Assembly: GCA_000165425.1 (NCBI GenBank)
Contig: CT868540.1
Span: forward strand, 124,001-188,000
Length of the DNA: 64,000 nucleotides
Source of the DNA: Paramecium tetraurelia
Lineage: Eukaryota
Direction of reading: 5' to 3'
Positions 26,932 to 40,395 of the stretch are shown here, piece by piece (position 1 is the first letter of the stretch; the number at the start of each line of letters is the position of its first letter). Below the pieces are notes generated by a model. It was not told the DNA's origin. It ran no database searches and worked only from the letters and a program-made list of their open reading frames with translations. A program made the position numbers and the translations under genes.

Positions 26932-29900
26932 TCACCAGCCAAATTAATGAGTATATTCTACTTTATTTTAAAATTAATTCTTTTTAGTAGACATTTTTTC
27001 TCTATCTCTGCTATGACTTCTTTCTCTTCTAAGATTATTTAATTTAGGGCAGTTCTTTTTGAAATGACCATTTTGACCACAATTATGACAACTCACTATC
27101 ATAGAATAAATAATATACTTCTAGAGTCTCCTGCTCCACATCTTCCTTTGTCTCTCATTTACCTACAGTCATTTGCATTATGACCTCGTTTATTACATCT
27201 GGAACATATCACATTGTCTATTAAATAGTAAGGAATATAATTACAGGATGATTCTTCATACTTAACTTTTTCTTCTTTAGTTTATTCCTTCTTAACTTCC
27301 CACTATGTAGTCAATTCATTTGATTTATCATTAGTTTCAAGAATAGGAGGTTTATTTTTTTTGACATAATCATTATACTCTTGGGTTCTAAAGTTTTACT
27401 TAAACCACAATGTTAATTCCTGGAGATTATTCTACATTACAGAGTGAAAACTAAGACCTTCAGGTTTAACTTTGATGTATTCCTTTTCCACCTTATTCTT
27501 CTGCATCATGTACAAGAGAACAATATGTTAAGGAGCTTTTTCAGTAACACAAAAACCATAGGGTATGATTTCTTCATCCTTTTCTTTGTCTTCTTTCAAC
27601 TTCTATTCTACCTATTCCATCTTCATATTGTAGAATTTCTTATTGTTGATAGCAGCTTCCATGTGGAGATTGCAAGGAGTTATATAGTTTTCAAAGATTT
27701 CATTGAAAGATTCATAGGTTTTGCCATTCAAAACAAGCTGAGGCTTATAACTCTAAGCTGACTTTAATTCTTAAACATAGAGATGAACAATAACACCTTG
27801 ATGAAATTTCCATGTGATATTTAAATGATCTTTGAGCTTTTGATTTGGTCTGATGATGTATTCACCAACAGGTTGACTTTCTAAATACTCCAGAGCCCCA
27901 TTAAGAAGTACTTATTTGAATTTAGGATGGTTAATATTTCTGAGAATCAATTTCTACTATTGTCTCTATCTATTAGGCATCTGATCTTAGGGGATGGTTG
28001 GCTAATCAAACTCTTTGAATTTACTTTAATCAAAGGTTTGCAAAACTTTATTACAATAGTCATCATAGTATATATTAGTATAAGGCCATGGATCATATTT
28101 AGGGGGTTTCAAATAATCTTAATCCCATCTTTGCCAGTCAGGCTTCAATGACAATTCGATGAAAAGGATGTGGAAATTGTCAGTCTTATTATTGTTCTCT
28201 AGAGTTGAGATATTCAAACTCTCATTCTTATTATAGTTCTCTGTGGCTGGTATCCTCTTCACATAGGCTTTAACAATTTATCCGATCCCAAACTCTTACT
28301 CTAGCATATCCTCTTTGCGTAGAGTACCACATAACCCATTATTAGATAATTTTATCAGTAATCTATCACCATCCTTGTTCCTGTCTCTACTTTCTAGTTT
28401 TTTAGTAATCAAACCTTGAACAACACTGTTTTTCCGAAAAGTGTAAGGAGACTCTTGAGTGATTGCATAGAATATTTCAGAATTACTCATATCCTTATTT
28501 GAAGTATCAAATTTATAAAGGAAGGGATTTGCTAATTCCTCTTTCATGAATTGAGCTACTAAGGTGAACTTTTCACTTCCATCTCTGAGTTCTCTTTGTT
28601 TTGCCCAATCTTCCAGTTGGAGATCTTCCATCTTATGAGGTTGACTCATCAATTGTCTCACAACTGTATTTTATTTATCATCTCTACCTCCAACTTCTAA
28701 TGCACATCTGGCTATATGTACTGCATCAGAATACATTTTAATTTGCATTCTGGTTATGTCTAATGGTTAAATACCTCTCTGGATTTTGATAAATCCTTGC
28801 ACATTTTTGAATACGACTTTCTTCAAAATCTGTGTCTTAAGGATGTCTTACCTTTCAATTTGGATGTACTCCTTTTGATCCTACTCCAATTTGGAATAGA
28901 TGAGTCTTTCATCTTCATAATTATTATTAAAGAGACTCTTACTCAATAACCCTTTGACCATTGTTATTAGATGTTTAGCTTGCCTTCTTCCTAAGCCATT
29001 GACGAATTGCATTTGATCTGCCAAGTGTTTATGCAGAGTACAATCAACCAAATCAACTCCAACCTAATTGACTATTTCAGTAGCAGTTTGTTTTAATGCA
29101 TCAAGCAACACCTACTGACTGACCATAGATTGTAGAGGATGTAAATTGAGATGCAAACACCCATTCTTATCAATGGCATCACTCCATAGATTTAAGACTT
29201 CTGCCATTGGATTAAGTTTGTATCTAGCCAAAGAAATAGCCTCTTTCAGAATTTGAGGGGTGTCAGGAGATTATAAATTACTCTTTTCACTCATACTGTA
29301 GATCCTTGAGATTTATGAATCTGCCAAAGTGATCTAAACAGAGGATGTCTACTTATATTTCTTACGTAAATCAGCTCTTAATTTCAAGCAATCTGAGTGA
29401 TTGGCTGAGATGACAACAAGATCTGGTTTATACTTCTCAAAGAAACTATCTAGGAGTACTTATTCCTTTCTGATTTATTCCAACATTTCAGTTCTCCGTT
29501 CATCTTAGGTTAGATAATTGAAGATTTGGAGACTCTGCTATTCACCCTTATAATCAATAATTGCCATTCCAATGCATTTCTTTTGGATAGAGCAATCTTG
29601 AGAGTAAGTTTTGAGCAGTTTGCCATCTGACTATTCTTATCCAATCACCAAAGACATGATTTTGACATCTGGATTGGTAATCAACTATTACCTTAATTGG
29701 TTGTTGGCAAGTTCACTAATATGAGGTTATTTATTAATGAGGGATTTAAATTTTTATTAGCACATCCTCACTATATGTTTGGTTGAGAGAGTTTACAATT
29801 TTTATTTAATTTATTTTTCTAAAATGGGATACCATAATTCTTGTAAGATGCCTCTGAGAATGAGATCTCTAAATCTCATGATACTTTCTTGTTCCTTCTA

Positions 29901-31513
29901 TTGATCATCAATTTTGACAAATTTATCATACAATAACACCATAATATCATCTCTTGGAATTTTTTCTTTTTTGTGATCTTTATCTTTAGAAACCGTAAAA
30001 CTAATGTTGATGTATCCTAATTGTTCTGCTCTGAGACACTGCATCCAGGTTTGATCTTCCATATATTTGTATTGTCTATGTCTGATTCTCTTGACTGGAT
30101 AGAAGTAACTCACTGCTGTGATTTCTTTATTACCCAGTTAAGTGGGCTCAGTTGATATCAATAGATGATCCCTGTATATCTAACTCATAAAACTCCTGAT
30201 GAAGGGATGGTGATAGAGTTCATTCATCAAATACTTTTATAATAACTTGACATATTCAGCACTGGAATCTTGTGATTTAAACTCTGTTGTATTTGCCTAA
30301 TGACTCCATAATTCCTCCAGATCTTAAATGAACTTTCTATTCACTTAGACACTCTTCCCTTGCAACTTACTGAAAAGTTCATCTGAAGTATAACAAAACT
30401 TCAATGCTGCCTCATCCACTCTCTATTTAAAGAATTCCTACATGGCTTTCTCCTTTGTGTGAGGCTTCTTCTTTGCATTCAAACTCAGATTCTACAACTC
30501 CTTTACAATATTATCAGTGTTGAAACTAGCCTACTCCTATTCAAGAGTCTAGTCTTAATTCATTCTCTCACCTAGTAATTGCTTCTCTTAATTCACTCTT
30601 TCTAATTCCTATTCCAAATACACAATCCTCCTGCAATTGTTTTTCAATATTATATAATCAATGCAATCCTTCAGGTTCTACAGATCCTCCACTTCTTTGG
30701 CCTTCTGCAGATACATATTGGCTGTGTCCTTCTAGATTTGATATTTTCCAGGCAAGGAATCAATCAACTTTGATATCCTAGACTTGAAATTGTAAAAGTG
30801 TTCCCACTCATAATCTAGTTCTCTTATTTTCCAATAATGTTCCAATTGTAAAGCAGAAGTTATGAGATAGCGTTTGTAAGTATAGATATACATTATATCC
30901 AAGTTCTCTTTCCTATAGAACTCCAAAATTAGTTTGATCCCAACCAAAACATCAGATAAATTTTTAATATCGAACTAGGAACACATCTTCTCTCCAATCC
31001 ATTTCAATTGCTCTACTGATGCTCCCTCCCTTGCACTTTGCATAATCTACCCATTAGTCATCATCATGTAGGTGTTTTGGATAGATTCAGGCACATCCTA
31101 TTTAATTATGTCCTCATCATTCTGGTTCAGGAAGGCCACTTCTCTTTGACTTGGATCGAACAATTTATTAATTAACTCAATTTGTTCATTCTCGTCAATT
31201 GGTTCTTCTGATTATGGTTCTTAAAACAAATCCTCATGGACATCCTCCATTTCTGGTTCATTATCAATCTTTGCTATTTTTTTGAGTCTTCCCTATCTTT
31301 ACATTCTCCTATTCTCCTCAATCAAGATCAAGTCGTCATCTGACAACTCATCATTGTATGACTCATCATTGCTTAAATTATCAAACTAGAATTTTACTTC
31401 TTTTATGCTTCTTTTCCAGAACCCTCATCAGAGTCCACAACAAAACCAGTCTTCTTATAATCTTTTGCTCCTTCCTCCATTGATGACTCTACCTTCTATT
31501 TGGCTTTTCCCAT
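26932..31513 (-). CDS. SPT6: Transcription elongation factor / histone chaperone SPT6 with C-terminal zinc knuckles
   Basis: Acidic N-terminus, LKEAISLARYKLNPMAEVLNLW, LNLHPLQ, VGVDL..MQFVNGLGRRQA (HhH), EELANPF, S1-like segment, and SH2 region HPKFK...GEYIIRP...HLNITWKF; ends ...HQFGW*. Confidence 0.92.
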
Positions 31514-31596
31514 GTTTTATTAAATTTAATGGTTTTAGGAATTGCAGCTTCATTTTATATTACTAAACTTTTATAGTCATATTAATAAATTTTATT

Positions 31597-32735
31597 ATGC
31601 AAAACGAAAGGTTGTAACAGCTTCTGAGATCCAAGGGCAGTTCCTACATCCCCCAAAATACTTAGGCAGTCTCTCCACTCAACAAACAAAGCCAAAATTC
31701 GATTAATCAATCCAACAAATATATAACTAACTACGCAGTCTAAAAGATATAAAATTAATCAACTCACATTGCAATGTATCTAATAGTTACACTCTAGAAC
31801 ATCTTCTAGTGATAGGAGAACCACTCCCACTCCAAGCAGATCATCTATGAATGTCATGCCTCAACATTCCTCCTCAGTCTCCCCTATTCGCCTGGTGTAA
31901 TTGTCAACTGAAAGAGTCCAAAAACCCTAAGAAATACACGAAGTGCATCACTTTGAAAGACCCATTTAAGTAGTCAATGCTGAAGATATGGAATACAAAT
32001 ACAAATTCAAAATCCAACAATTGGAATATATGGTCTATTAATTGCAGGTCGAGAATCAAAGAATCAAAATTAATGGCTACATCGAGTAACCTGCACCTGT
32101 TGAAAGCCCTTCTAAAGTTAATGAATTAGAAAAAATCAACAAAAACCTCAGAATTCTAGAGGATAAATAAAGAACAGACATAAAATAACTCAAAGAGGAA
32201 TTACAACAATGGAAAGACAGATACGGTGAGCTTCAGAAACAATAATCAAATCAAATTGGATTCAATGAAGAATTGCGATAATTGAAAAAGTCAATTTTGT
32301 AATTTGAGGATGAGAATAAGGATTTGCAAATGCATCTTAGAGACAAGGATCAGGAAATCTTGAAATTAAGGTCCATCTTAAATGAAAAGGATGACATAAT
32401 TGATCAACTCAATGATCAAATCTAAGAGCTTTAGGTCTTTCAGGAGAATTATAGTCGAGTTGAAACCACGCTGGTATCTCTGTAAGGTGAGGTTGACGTT
32501 TGGAGGAAGAAGTTCAAAGAAAAGAATGAGGAAGCTTCGGAGTTGAGTGAAAAACTCATCATGGCTGAAACATCCTTAGAGGCCATGAAGAAGAGACAAA
32601 CCACTTAAGTCAAAGAAGTTAATATTAGCAAATCTAATAATCACAATATTGGGATTACTATGACCCAATCCATCGACATGCCAGGCAGTTTCGACTAATC
32701 GAGGTACTCACAATTCTAACAAATAATAAAGTTGA
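31597..32735 (+). CDS. Hypothetical coiled-coil protein
   Basis: MQNERLQQLLRS..., S/T/P-rich N-half and heptad-rich C-half; divergent from SPT6 across 83 nt. Confidence 0.75.
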
Positions 32736-32816
32736 TCTTAATTATCCTTTTTTGTTTGATTTTTATTAATTCTTATGTAAATTATATATTTATGTATATA
32801 AATATATTAATATTTT

Positions 32817-35736
32817 ATGATTCCCAATAATAATACTAAGTAATCTTTTTAAGATTTGACTAAGAAGATCATATTGACTACCAACATTCTTGTTAATAAG
32901 ATCGAGATTAAGGCTCATGAATATTAGACCTTTTGGGAATTACTGAATGAAGGCTAGGATAATGCTTCCATTTACGTTCTTGAATTATTAAAAATTATCG
33001 ATCAAACAGAATACAAAAGAAAAAAGGAACCATATAGTCTAGAAAGTCTATTAGCTACTTTGTTAACAATTAGTATGTTTAAAAATGTGGAGAATGTTAA
33101 AAAGTAAAGAGATTATAAAGAAGTCAAGTAGAACTGGGATCATCATATTGTCAATGCCCATAAGAAACAATAGTTGATGAACCCCTACTCCATTTCAATA
33201 GTTTGTAATTTGCACTTTATTTTCGAATCTCAGCAATTAGAAGATAACAACTTCACAGGATTCTTGATTGGTGCTATAGCCTTTATGCCAGATTTGTTTA
33301 AGGTCGCAAAGCCTGAAAATATCGAACTCATGTATGATTCCTTAAAGCAACACTACCAATTGGTTGAGCAGTACGGCAAGACTGTGAGAGTGAAAAATGA
33401 CTCGTTCTATAATTTGTTATTGGATGAGAGATTCGACTTACAAGAAACTGGAGAGTTCATGTTTTGCTATGAATACTTAATCAAATAGATAAGGACCAAA
33501 TACAAGAACTCATAGAGCAGAGTATTTTATGATTCTCTCTTAAAATACTTCAAGATGATTCCATTTATAGCATAGGACTTCCCAGAACAAGCAGAAAAGT
33601 CAGCATTGTCCTTGCTACACATGACGAAATAATTGATTACCTTTTATGGGTGTGAAATCGTTGATCTCTTGAAATCTCTCCTTAATCAAATCGAGATCTT
33701 CAGGAGATGGCCTTTCCCTGTGGGAGTGATGGCAAATGAACTAGTTTAGATATTGTATCAAGAATAGAAATCAAGGGGAAACGCATTTAGAATGAAAATT
33801 AGAGAAGAAATTCCACAAATCGATTTTTTTGACGATGATCAATCCCAAGATGTCTTATTTTAAAGTGTTTAAGAACAACAGATCCCAATATCTGGAATGG
33901 GATAGTAGAAATAAGAGTAATAGATTCTATCAGTCTATGTGTTTTATGAGAATAGATAAAACAATGCAAACAATGTACTGTAATATGCACAATTCGTCCT
34001 GAGAAATAAGAATCCCAATTATGCCCAATTATACACTCCCAATAGTTTGCGATGCTATATTTGTGCTTAAATTTTGCAATTGCAGCAAAAGAAAAATGTA
34101 ATGTTTTTATTGATTAATTCAGCAAGGAAAGAGTCCACAATTGTCAGCATTCAAAGAGGTGGATATATTTAATCTGTATTGTAAATTATTGACCATTGTT
34201 GAGAAATGTGACAACTTGGATTCAATAGCAGACATAGAATTAATTTATGAGAACGCTTTTGATGAGATAACCAAAGAATTAATGAAACATACTCAAGAAC
34301 CAAATAATGTTTAAAAAGAAGTATAAGCAGTGATGAGTAATCAAGTAATCATCAATCTCACATTATGTAGCTATCCATACCTGATTTTCCTTTGTTTTAC
34401 TTTCATAACGTCATCCAAAAAAGTTTCACATTTACTGCACCCAAACAATCCTTTCTCAAATTTGAATAGGGACAATTCATGATTCCCAATCAATTAATCA
34501 AAGATTTTGTTCAAAGAGCCTATGATAATTATATGCCTCTACATACAGAACCCTTGAGATTGTTGGTTGTAGGATCAGATGCTGAAATATTTGAAGTCTG
34601 TATGCTACTTGGTGAAATCTATCAAAAGAACCCCTTATTGCTCAGGACTCTGGATATTAGAGTCTTTATTGTCCCAACTAAGGATTGCGCTCTGGCTTAG
34701 TTCCTTGCTGTAAAGGATCCTTGGTATTAGAGATACCTGTATTTACCCTTTATGGAGGATATTCTGATCCCAAAGTTAGAGTCTATCAAGGAGGATAACA
34801 ACAAATACGTTTAGGAAGTCAATAAAGTGCAAGGGTAATTGCCATTAGAGTAGAAAGCGTGGTGTTTGAATACATATTTGAGAGAGGGGAATAGAGCATA
34901 CAATGTGAGGGTTTATAAGTTAACTATTTATCAAAAGAAGTTGAGTTATGGAGGAATAGCAATGGCAGAGCAGAAGTCAGGATTAAATCCAAAAAGCAAA
35001 TCTGATGAGGTCTTGAAGAGCACCTTATACTTTTGTTCGTATGTGATGTTTGGAGCAATAGCTGAATTTGAATTGCAGAAGGAGAGATCGAAGGATGAGA
35101 AGTTATAGAAGTTATCGTTTTATGACTTTAAAGAAAAAAACCTATGCAAATTCCAATACTTAAATATCTAAATGATCACGGAGTAAACTGATATGCTGGG
35201 CAACATTATCAACAGTCCAAACAAGGAGGAGAAGGTCGAAAAGATCTAGGTGCAGTTGCACAATTGCAAAATTAATAATGTTTACACAGACTTTTTTGAA
35301 GGGAATATGCCGATGCCCCATACCGATTGGTTGGAGTTGTCTTATATAACCTATGAGAATTCAAAGTTGTTTGATAGTGGGTTGAGACAAAAGAACATTT
35401 TTAAGAAGCATTCTTAAGGTATTCTATTATGTATATGATTTAGAATCCATTTAAAATGCATTTAAATCGTTGTTTACCAATATTTCGATCACGAAGATCA
35501 ATGTTGAGGAATAAACCAAGAAACCGTTTTCAATTATTGTGGATGGCAATATCTATTCTGATATTGTTTCTTTCAAGATTTGCTCAACTCATATGAAGAG
35601 GAAAAAGAAGAACAATTAAATGCAAAAAAAGGAAGGGTCAAAAGATGAGGAGGATGATTTGAGTAAGTAAAAGCATTTGAGTTCCATAATTCATTTGAAT
35701 CTGCCAGTCATGAGTTTTCTACCGTTTAAAGTTTGA
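32817..35736 (+). CDS. Putative PI3K class IB regulatory subunit (p101/p87, PIK3R5/6)-like protein
   Basis: Motifs RWPFPVGVMANELVQILYQEQKSRG, LRLLVVGSD, IRVFIVP, LAQFLAVKDPWYQRYL, PFSIIVDG and terminal LNLPVMSFLP resemble p101 motifs as recalled, in the same order. The gene itself is well supported; the family call is inference. Confidence 0.68.
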
Positions 35737-35777
35737 ATCAATTATCAATATAAATAATTATACAAATTAATATATTA

Positions 35778-36607
35778 ATGAAATTACCAAGTATTAATAA
35801 ACCCACCTCAGCATAATCAGCAAATCGACAATTACCTCCAAGGTAGAGTAATAATGCAATAAGCAATTTAGAAAAGAATCTATTCAATAAACTCAACGAA
35901 TATGATGATTTAAACAAAATTGATACTAAAAAAGCTTAGGTCAATGAGGTGAAGTCTAATAAGAAAATCGATAATTCTCATGATGACATTGACTCTTTGG
36001 CGAAGAGAGCAAATACTTTGAAAAATTATAGTCAAACTGAGAAGATCAAAGATTTGAAATCATCTTAATTAAAACAACAAAAACAACAACAAGACACTGT
36101 GTTTCTGACTCATAATTAACAAGTCAAATCGGAAGAATCGAATAATGATCAAGATGAGGATGACAGTAATAGTGATAGCAGCATCGAGGATTTATTATAG
36201 AGGAGTAGGGCATTGGATAAATAGAAAAAAGTTATGCTAAATTTTGAAGATGACAGCGAGGTTGGTTAATTGAATAAGATGCTATTTTAAAGTAAGAATT
36301 GAAAAGTGTATAATTGATAGCTGATATCGATTTAGACGAGTAGTTTTAGAGCATGTGCATTTTGAAGAAAACTATATCGCAGATGCAAGACTCCATGAAA
36401 TCTTTGGGATATGGGATTAATGAGAAGTTGATGGATGGATTGAATTAATAATATGAGGAAATGATTAAGCTGCAAAGGGAATCCTAAGTAGCTAAGTGAA
36501 TTAATTAGGCAATCGAAGAGTATTAAATGAAAGAGAGCAACTCAAAAAATAAAATGCCTGCTTTACGTTCAAATAGCGTCAATTAATCAAAAAAATTGAA
36601 AAAATGA
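35778..36607 (+). CDS. Hypothetical protein
   Basis: MKLPSINKPTSA..., acidic stretch DQDEDDSNSDSS, one short intron, ends ...SKKLKK*. Confidence 0.7.
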
Positions 36608-36639
36608 CATAGATTTAAATATCTTTTGTATTTATGATA

Positions 36640-38470
36640 ATGGATGATCTATCTAATATATTTAGATTAATAATTAAAATGTAAAATCAAAATCTTCCAT
36701 AATTTCAGTTTGACATCACAATTCATAAGGATTTCTTGAAGCATAAGATTATACAATTATTTGAGACTCTGCCTGGAAATAAATAATTGATTTTGAGTTA
36801 GAGAGTGTTGCAATTACTTAAATTGAGCATCGAAAATAAAGTGCTATTGGAGAACGGAGTCAAGAAAACCTTGCAAATTGAGACTCTATATTAAATAGAG
36901 AGTGACATCACTTAGATCTTTATCATCATACCGCCTAAATAGGATCTCATTAAGAAGATATCAAAATTGATCAAAACTGCAAATGGTCCCAACAACATTT
37001 ATTAATTGGTCTTTTGGCCTTAAAGAAATCTCATAGCCAAGGAATTGCTGGAACAAGAGGGGGTTTTGAGTAGCGTTGAAATTATGGATTTTTCATTTGA
37101 TCTCATACCTCTTGATTAGGATGTATTGAGTTTGGAAATGCCAGATGCATTTAGAGATGTCGTGGTTGAATAAGACTTTTCAATTTATACCCATGTTGCG
37201 GATAGTATCAATCGCATTTAACTTTTGATGGGCAACATTCCAAATATATACTGCAAAGGCGATGGGGCCAAGATGGTTTATGATATTATTAAAGTGGAAA
37301 GCTCAGAGTTGGACTAGGATCAAGACTCTTAAGAGGTAGAGTCTCTGATTATATATGATAGAAGCATTGACTTGATTACTCCTATGTTGACCTAATTGGT
37401 TTATGAAGGATTAGTGGATGAATAATTTGGCATCAACGGGAACTTAGTCAGTCTGCAAAAAAAGATTTTTGGGAAGGAAGGATAAGAAGGGGAGCAATAT
37501 CAAACCGTATAAATGAGCTTGGATAAAGACCCTTTGATTTATAATGTAAGAGGATTGTAAGTGGCCTCTTTGGCCAAATATTTATCTGAACAAGCCAGAC
37601 AGTAGGAGGTAGAGAAGTAAGAGTTTTAAAGACAATTGTAAATTTAAATCAAAGCAAATTCGGGGCAAGAAGCAGCTAGGATTAAGGCAGAGTAGGATTC
37701 AAATTTGAGGCGTATTATAATAATTTGTAAATAGATCTTAACATAAGTGGAAAGATAGCAGATAATATTAGGACCATCTCATTCTACAAAATGTTGAGTT
37801 TAGAATAGGGAATAATCAATGGGGATAAATCAGATAAAGCTTTGGATTACATTGAAGCTATGATTCAATCGGAAATTGACTTAAATAAAGTTGTAAGGCT
37901 GTTAACCTTAAGAACCTTAGTTGATGGAGGATTGAAGCAGAAACCATACGATTATATGAGGAGAGAGATTATTCATGTCTATGGATTTAAGACTATTGCT
38001 TTCTTAAACAATTTATAGAAAGCAGGGATGGTCTACAAATCTGATCCCAAGCAACTTTTCTTTAAGTTGCAGGAATCGTTTAAGTTGCTGAATTTGAATG
38101 TCAGATCTGATGAGACAGATCCAAAAGATCCTGCTTACACTTATGGTGGTCACTACCCTCTGATGTACTTAGATTCTAATGATTTAGTGCTCGTTTGACT
38201 GAAAAGATATTTGAGAAGGAGTCGTGGAAACCGTTCAAAGCTCAGATGTAATTGATTAATGGTTTTCAATTAGAACCAGATAGACCTGCCAGATTGAATG
38301 TGCCTGGCAAAAAGCCTATTGTAATTGTTTATATGCTTGGTGGAGTCACTTATGGGGAGATTGCTGCTTTGAGACTGTTGGGGAAATAATTTAATAAAGA
38401 AATAATCATTTGTACAACCAGTTTAACCAATGGGACAAAGCTTATCTAATCATTAAGAGAGAGAATCTGA
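36640..38470 (+). CDS. VPS33: Vps33 (Sec1/Munc18 family, HOPS/CORVET)
   Basis: DLIPLDQDVLSLEMP, DRSIDLITPMLTQLVYEGLVDE, YTYGGHYPL and GGVTYGEIAALRLL. Confidence 0.93.
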
Positions 38471-38525
38471 TAATTTTATAAATACATATACAGACTGCTG
38501 TTGAATACAATTATTTTATATATTA

Positions 38526-40326
38526 ATGTAAATTGAGTAATTATTTTTTGATTCTTCAAATTAGAATGATAAGAATTAATGGGTCAATTTGGACTCAATT
38601 AAACGTTCGATTTCCACAATTAGATTATTCGAGGGAACTTTATTTATTAAGTGCAAAAAGCAAGATGCTTTCAAACCTAAATTTTTTAAGCTGTTTTCTG
38701 ATAGATTGAACATCTACAAAGTATGAATGTGACTCAAATTTATTCTTAGAATGGGAGGGAACAAAAAGAAACTGCTGCCCTATTTTTGACGAATGTTTAT
38801 TTGGACCTAAAATTAGTGGTTGAATCTGAAAAAGATAAATATCCCATAATCTTAATAAACGGAAATCGCAAGTTGATTTTTATTGCTCGCTCCTCAGAAA
38901 GTCAAACCAAATGGATTGAGTAATTCAAGAAAACCTGTATCATGAACAATTACAAAGACATCTACACCAACATTAAAGTATTAGGCAAGGGTACGTTTGC
39001 AAAGGTAATATAATTCGCAAATAAGGTATTTTTAGCCCATAAAATGATAGATAAATCCAAGTTTGCAGTGAAGACCTTTCAAAAATCAGCATTGATGGAC
39101 AAAAAGAACACTCAAAGGGTATTCAAAATTACGATAATCTTTTAGCAAGGCCTAATAAATGAGATCAACCTATTGAGATCATGTGATCATCCAAATATCA
39201 TAAAACTGTATGAGATTTATGAAAGTGGAGATTACATATATTTAGTCATGGAATTGTTGGAGGGCGGAGAATTGTTCGATCTAATACTTGAGACTCCTTT
39301 CTTTGTGGAATCCAAGATAGCCTAAATCATGTTCAAAATATTTGATGCCTTGGAGTATCTTCATACTAAAGTATTAATACTTCTATCCACTCAAGAATAT
39401 TATGCATCGAGATATCAAATTGGAGAATATAATACTCAAAGATAAATCTGAGAATTTCGATCTAAAAATAGCTGACTTTGGCTTAGCATCCTACACTGAA
39501 AGCGAATTACTAATCAAAAGATGTGGTACTCCTGGGTATGTTGCTCCTGAAATTCTATAAGATTAGAAGTATAATGAAAAAGTCGATGTTTTCAGTGCTG
39601 GGATCATACTGTATATATTGTAAAATGTTTAAAAATGATAGACTAACTGGATAAGCCCCATTTTATGGTAATAGTTTGGATGATGTGATAGAAAAGAATA
39701 GAGAGTGTCAAATCAATTTGCAAGGCTTAAAAGTATCCCAAGACGCTTTGGATTTATTATAAAAAACCTTGGAGCCCAATCCATAGAATAGAATTTCCTC
39801 TCTGGAAGCCCTATCTCATCCTTTCATTTCAAGATAATACAAAAGATAAGTTAATAGTATGGAGGATTTTCCATTGGATGAATTACCAAACGACAATTAT
39901 AGTGCTTTTGAGAACATGAAGAAATTTTGTCAGAATGATATGCGATTCAAAATGTCGAAGCTAAAGAAAAATGAATTGGTTTAACAAACTCCTTTTATGG
40001 GTACCAGAGAATACGATATAGTAAATGCGACTTCTGATAGTTGGTTGAATGAGAAATCAGGAGAGATGGACTCAAAATAAATATTGAATTTTCCCTGCAT
40101 TTAATAATAATCATCAGATTCGGATACTTCAATCTTAAATACTCCAGAAGTCAAGAAAGATACTCAAAAATTCGTTTAATTGAATGCCTTGCAACAAATT
40201 GGATATTATAAATTATCACCAAATTAATCTCTATATTCACCTCCTAACAATCAATAAAAGCAATAAATCTAAATGAATTTCAAAAAGGCCAGCTAAGTGA
40301 GAGATTAATTAAAAAAATTAGAATGA
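38526..40326 (+). CDS. CaMK-group Ser/Thr kinase with N-terminal PH-like domain
   Basis: PH-like N-region ([12 protein letters not shown]...SQTKWIEQFKK), [28 protein letters not shown] and DVFSAG. Confidence 0.9.
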
Positions 40327-40395
40327 TATATTGTGCTAATCTATTATTAAATATAATTATTGTCATGATTTACTTATAACATAAAACAATGTAAA

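Noticed and set aside
27049..27206. CCHC knuckles as a retrotransposon Gag remnant
   Set aside because: No protease, RT, integrase or LTRs nearby, and the knuckles are in frame with SPT6 through canonical short introns.
27444..28151. Plus-strand ORFs 27444-27761 and 27927-28151 in the supplied track
   Set aside because: They are antisense shadows of SPT6 with no recognisable protein features.
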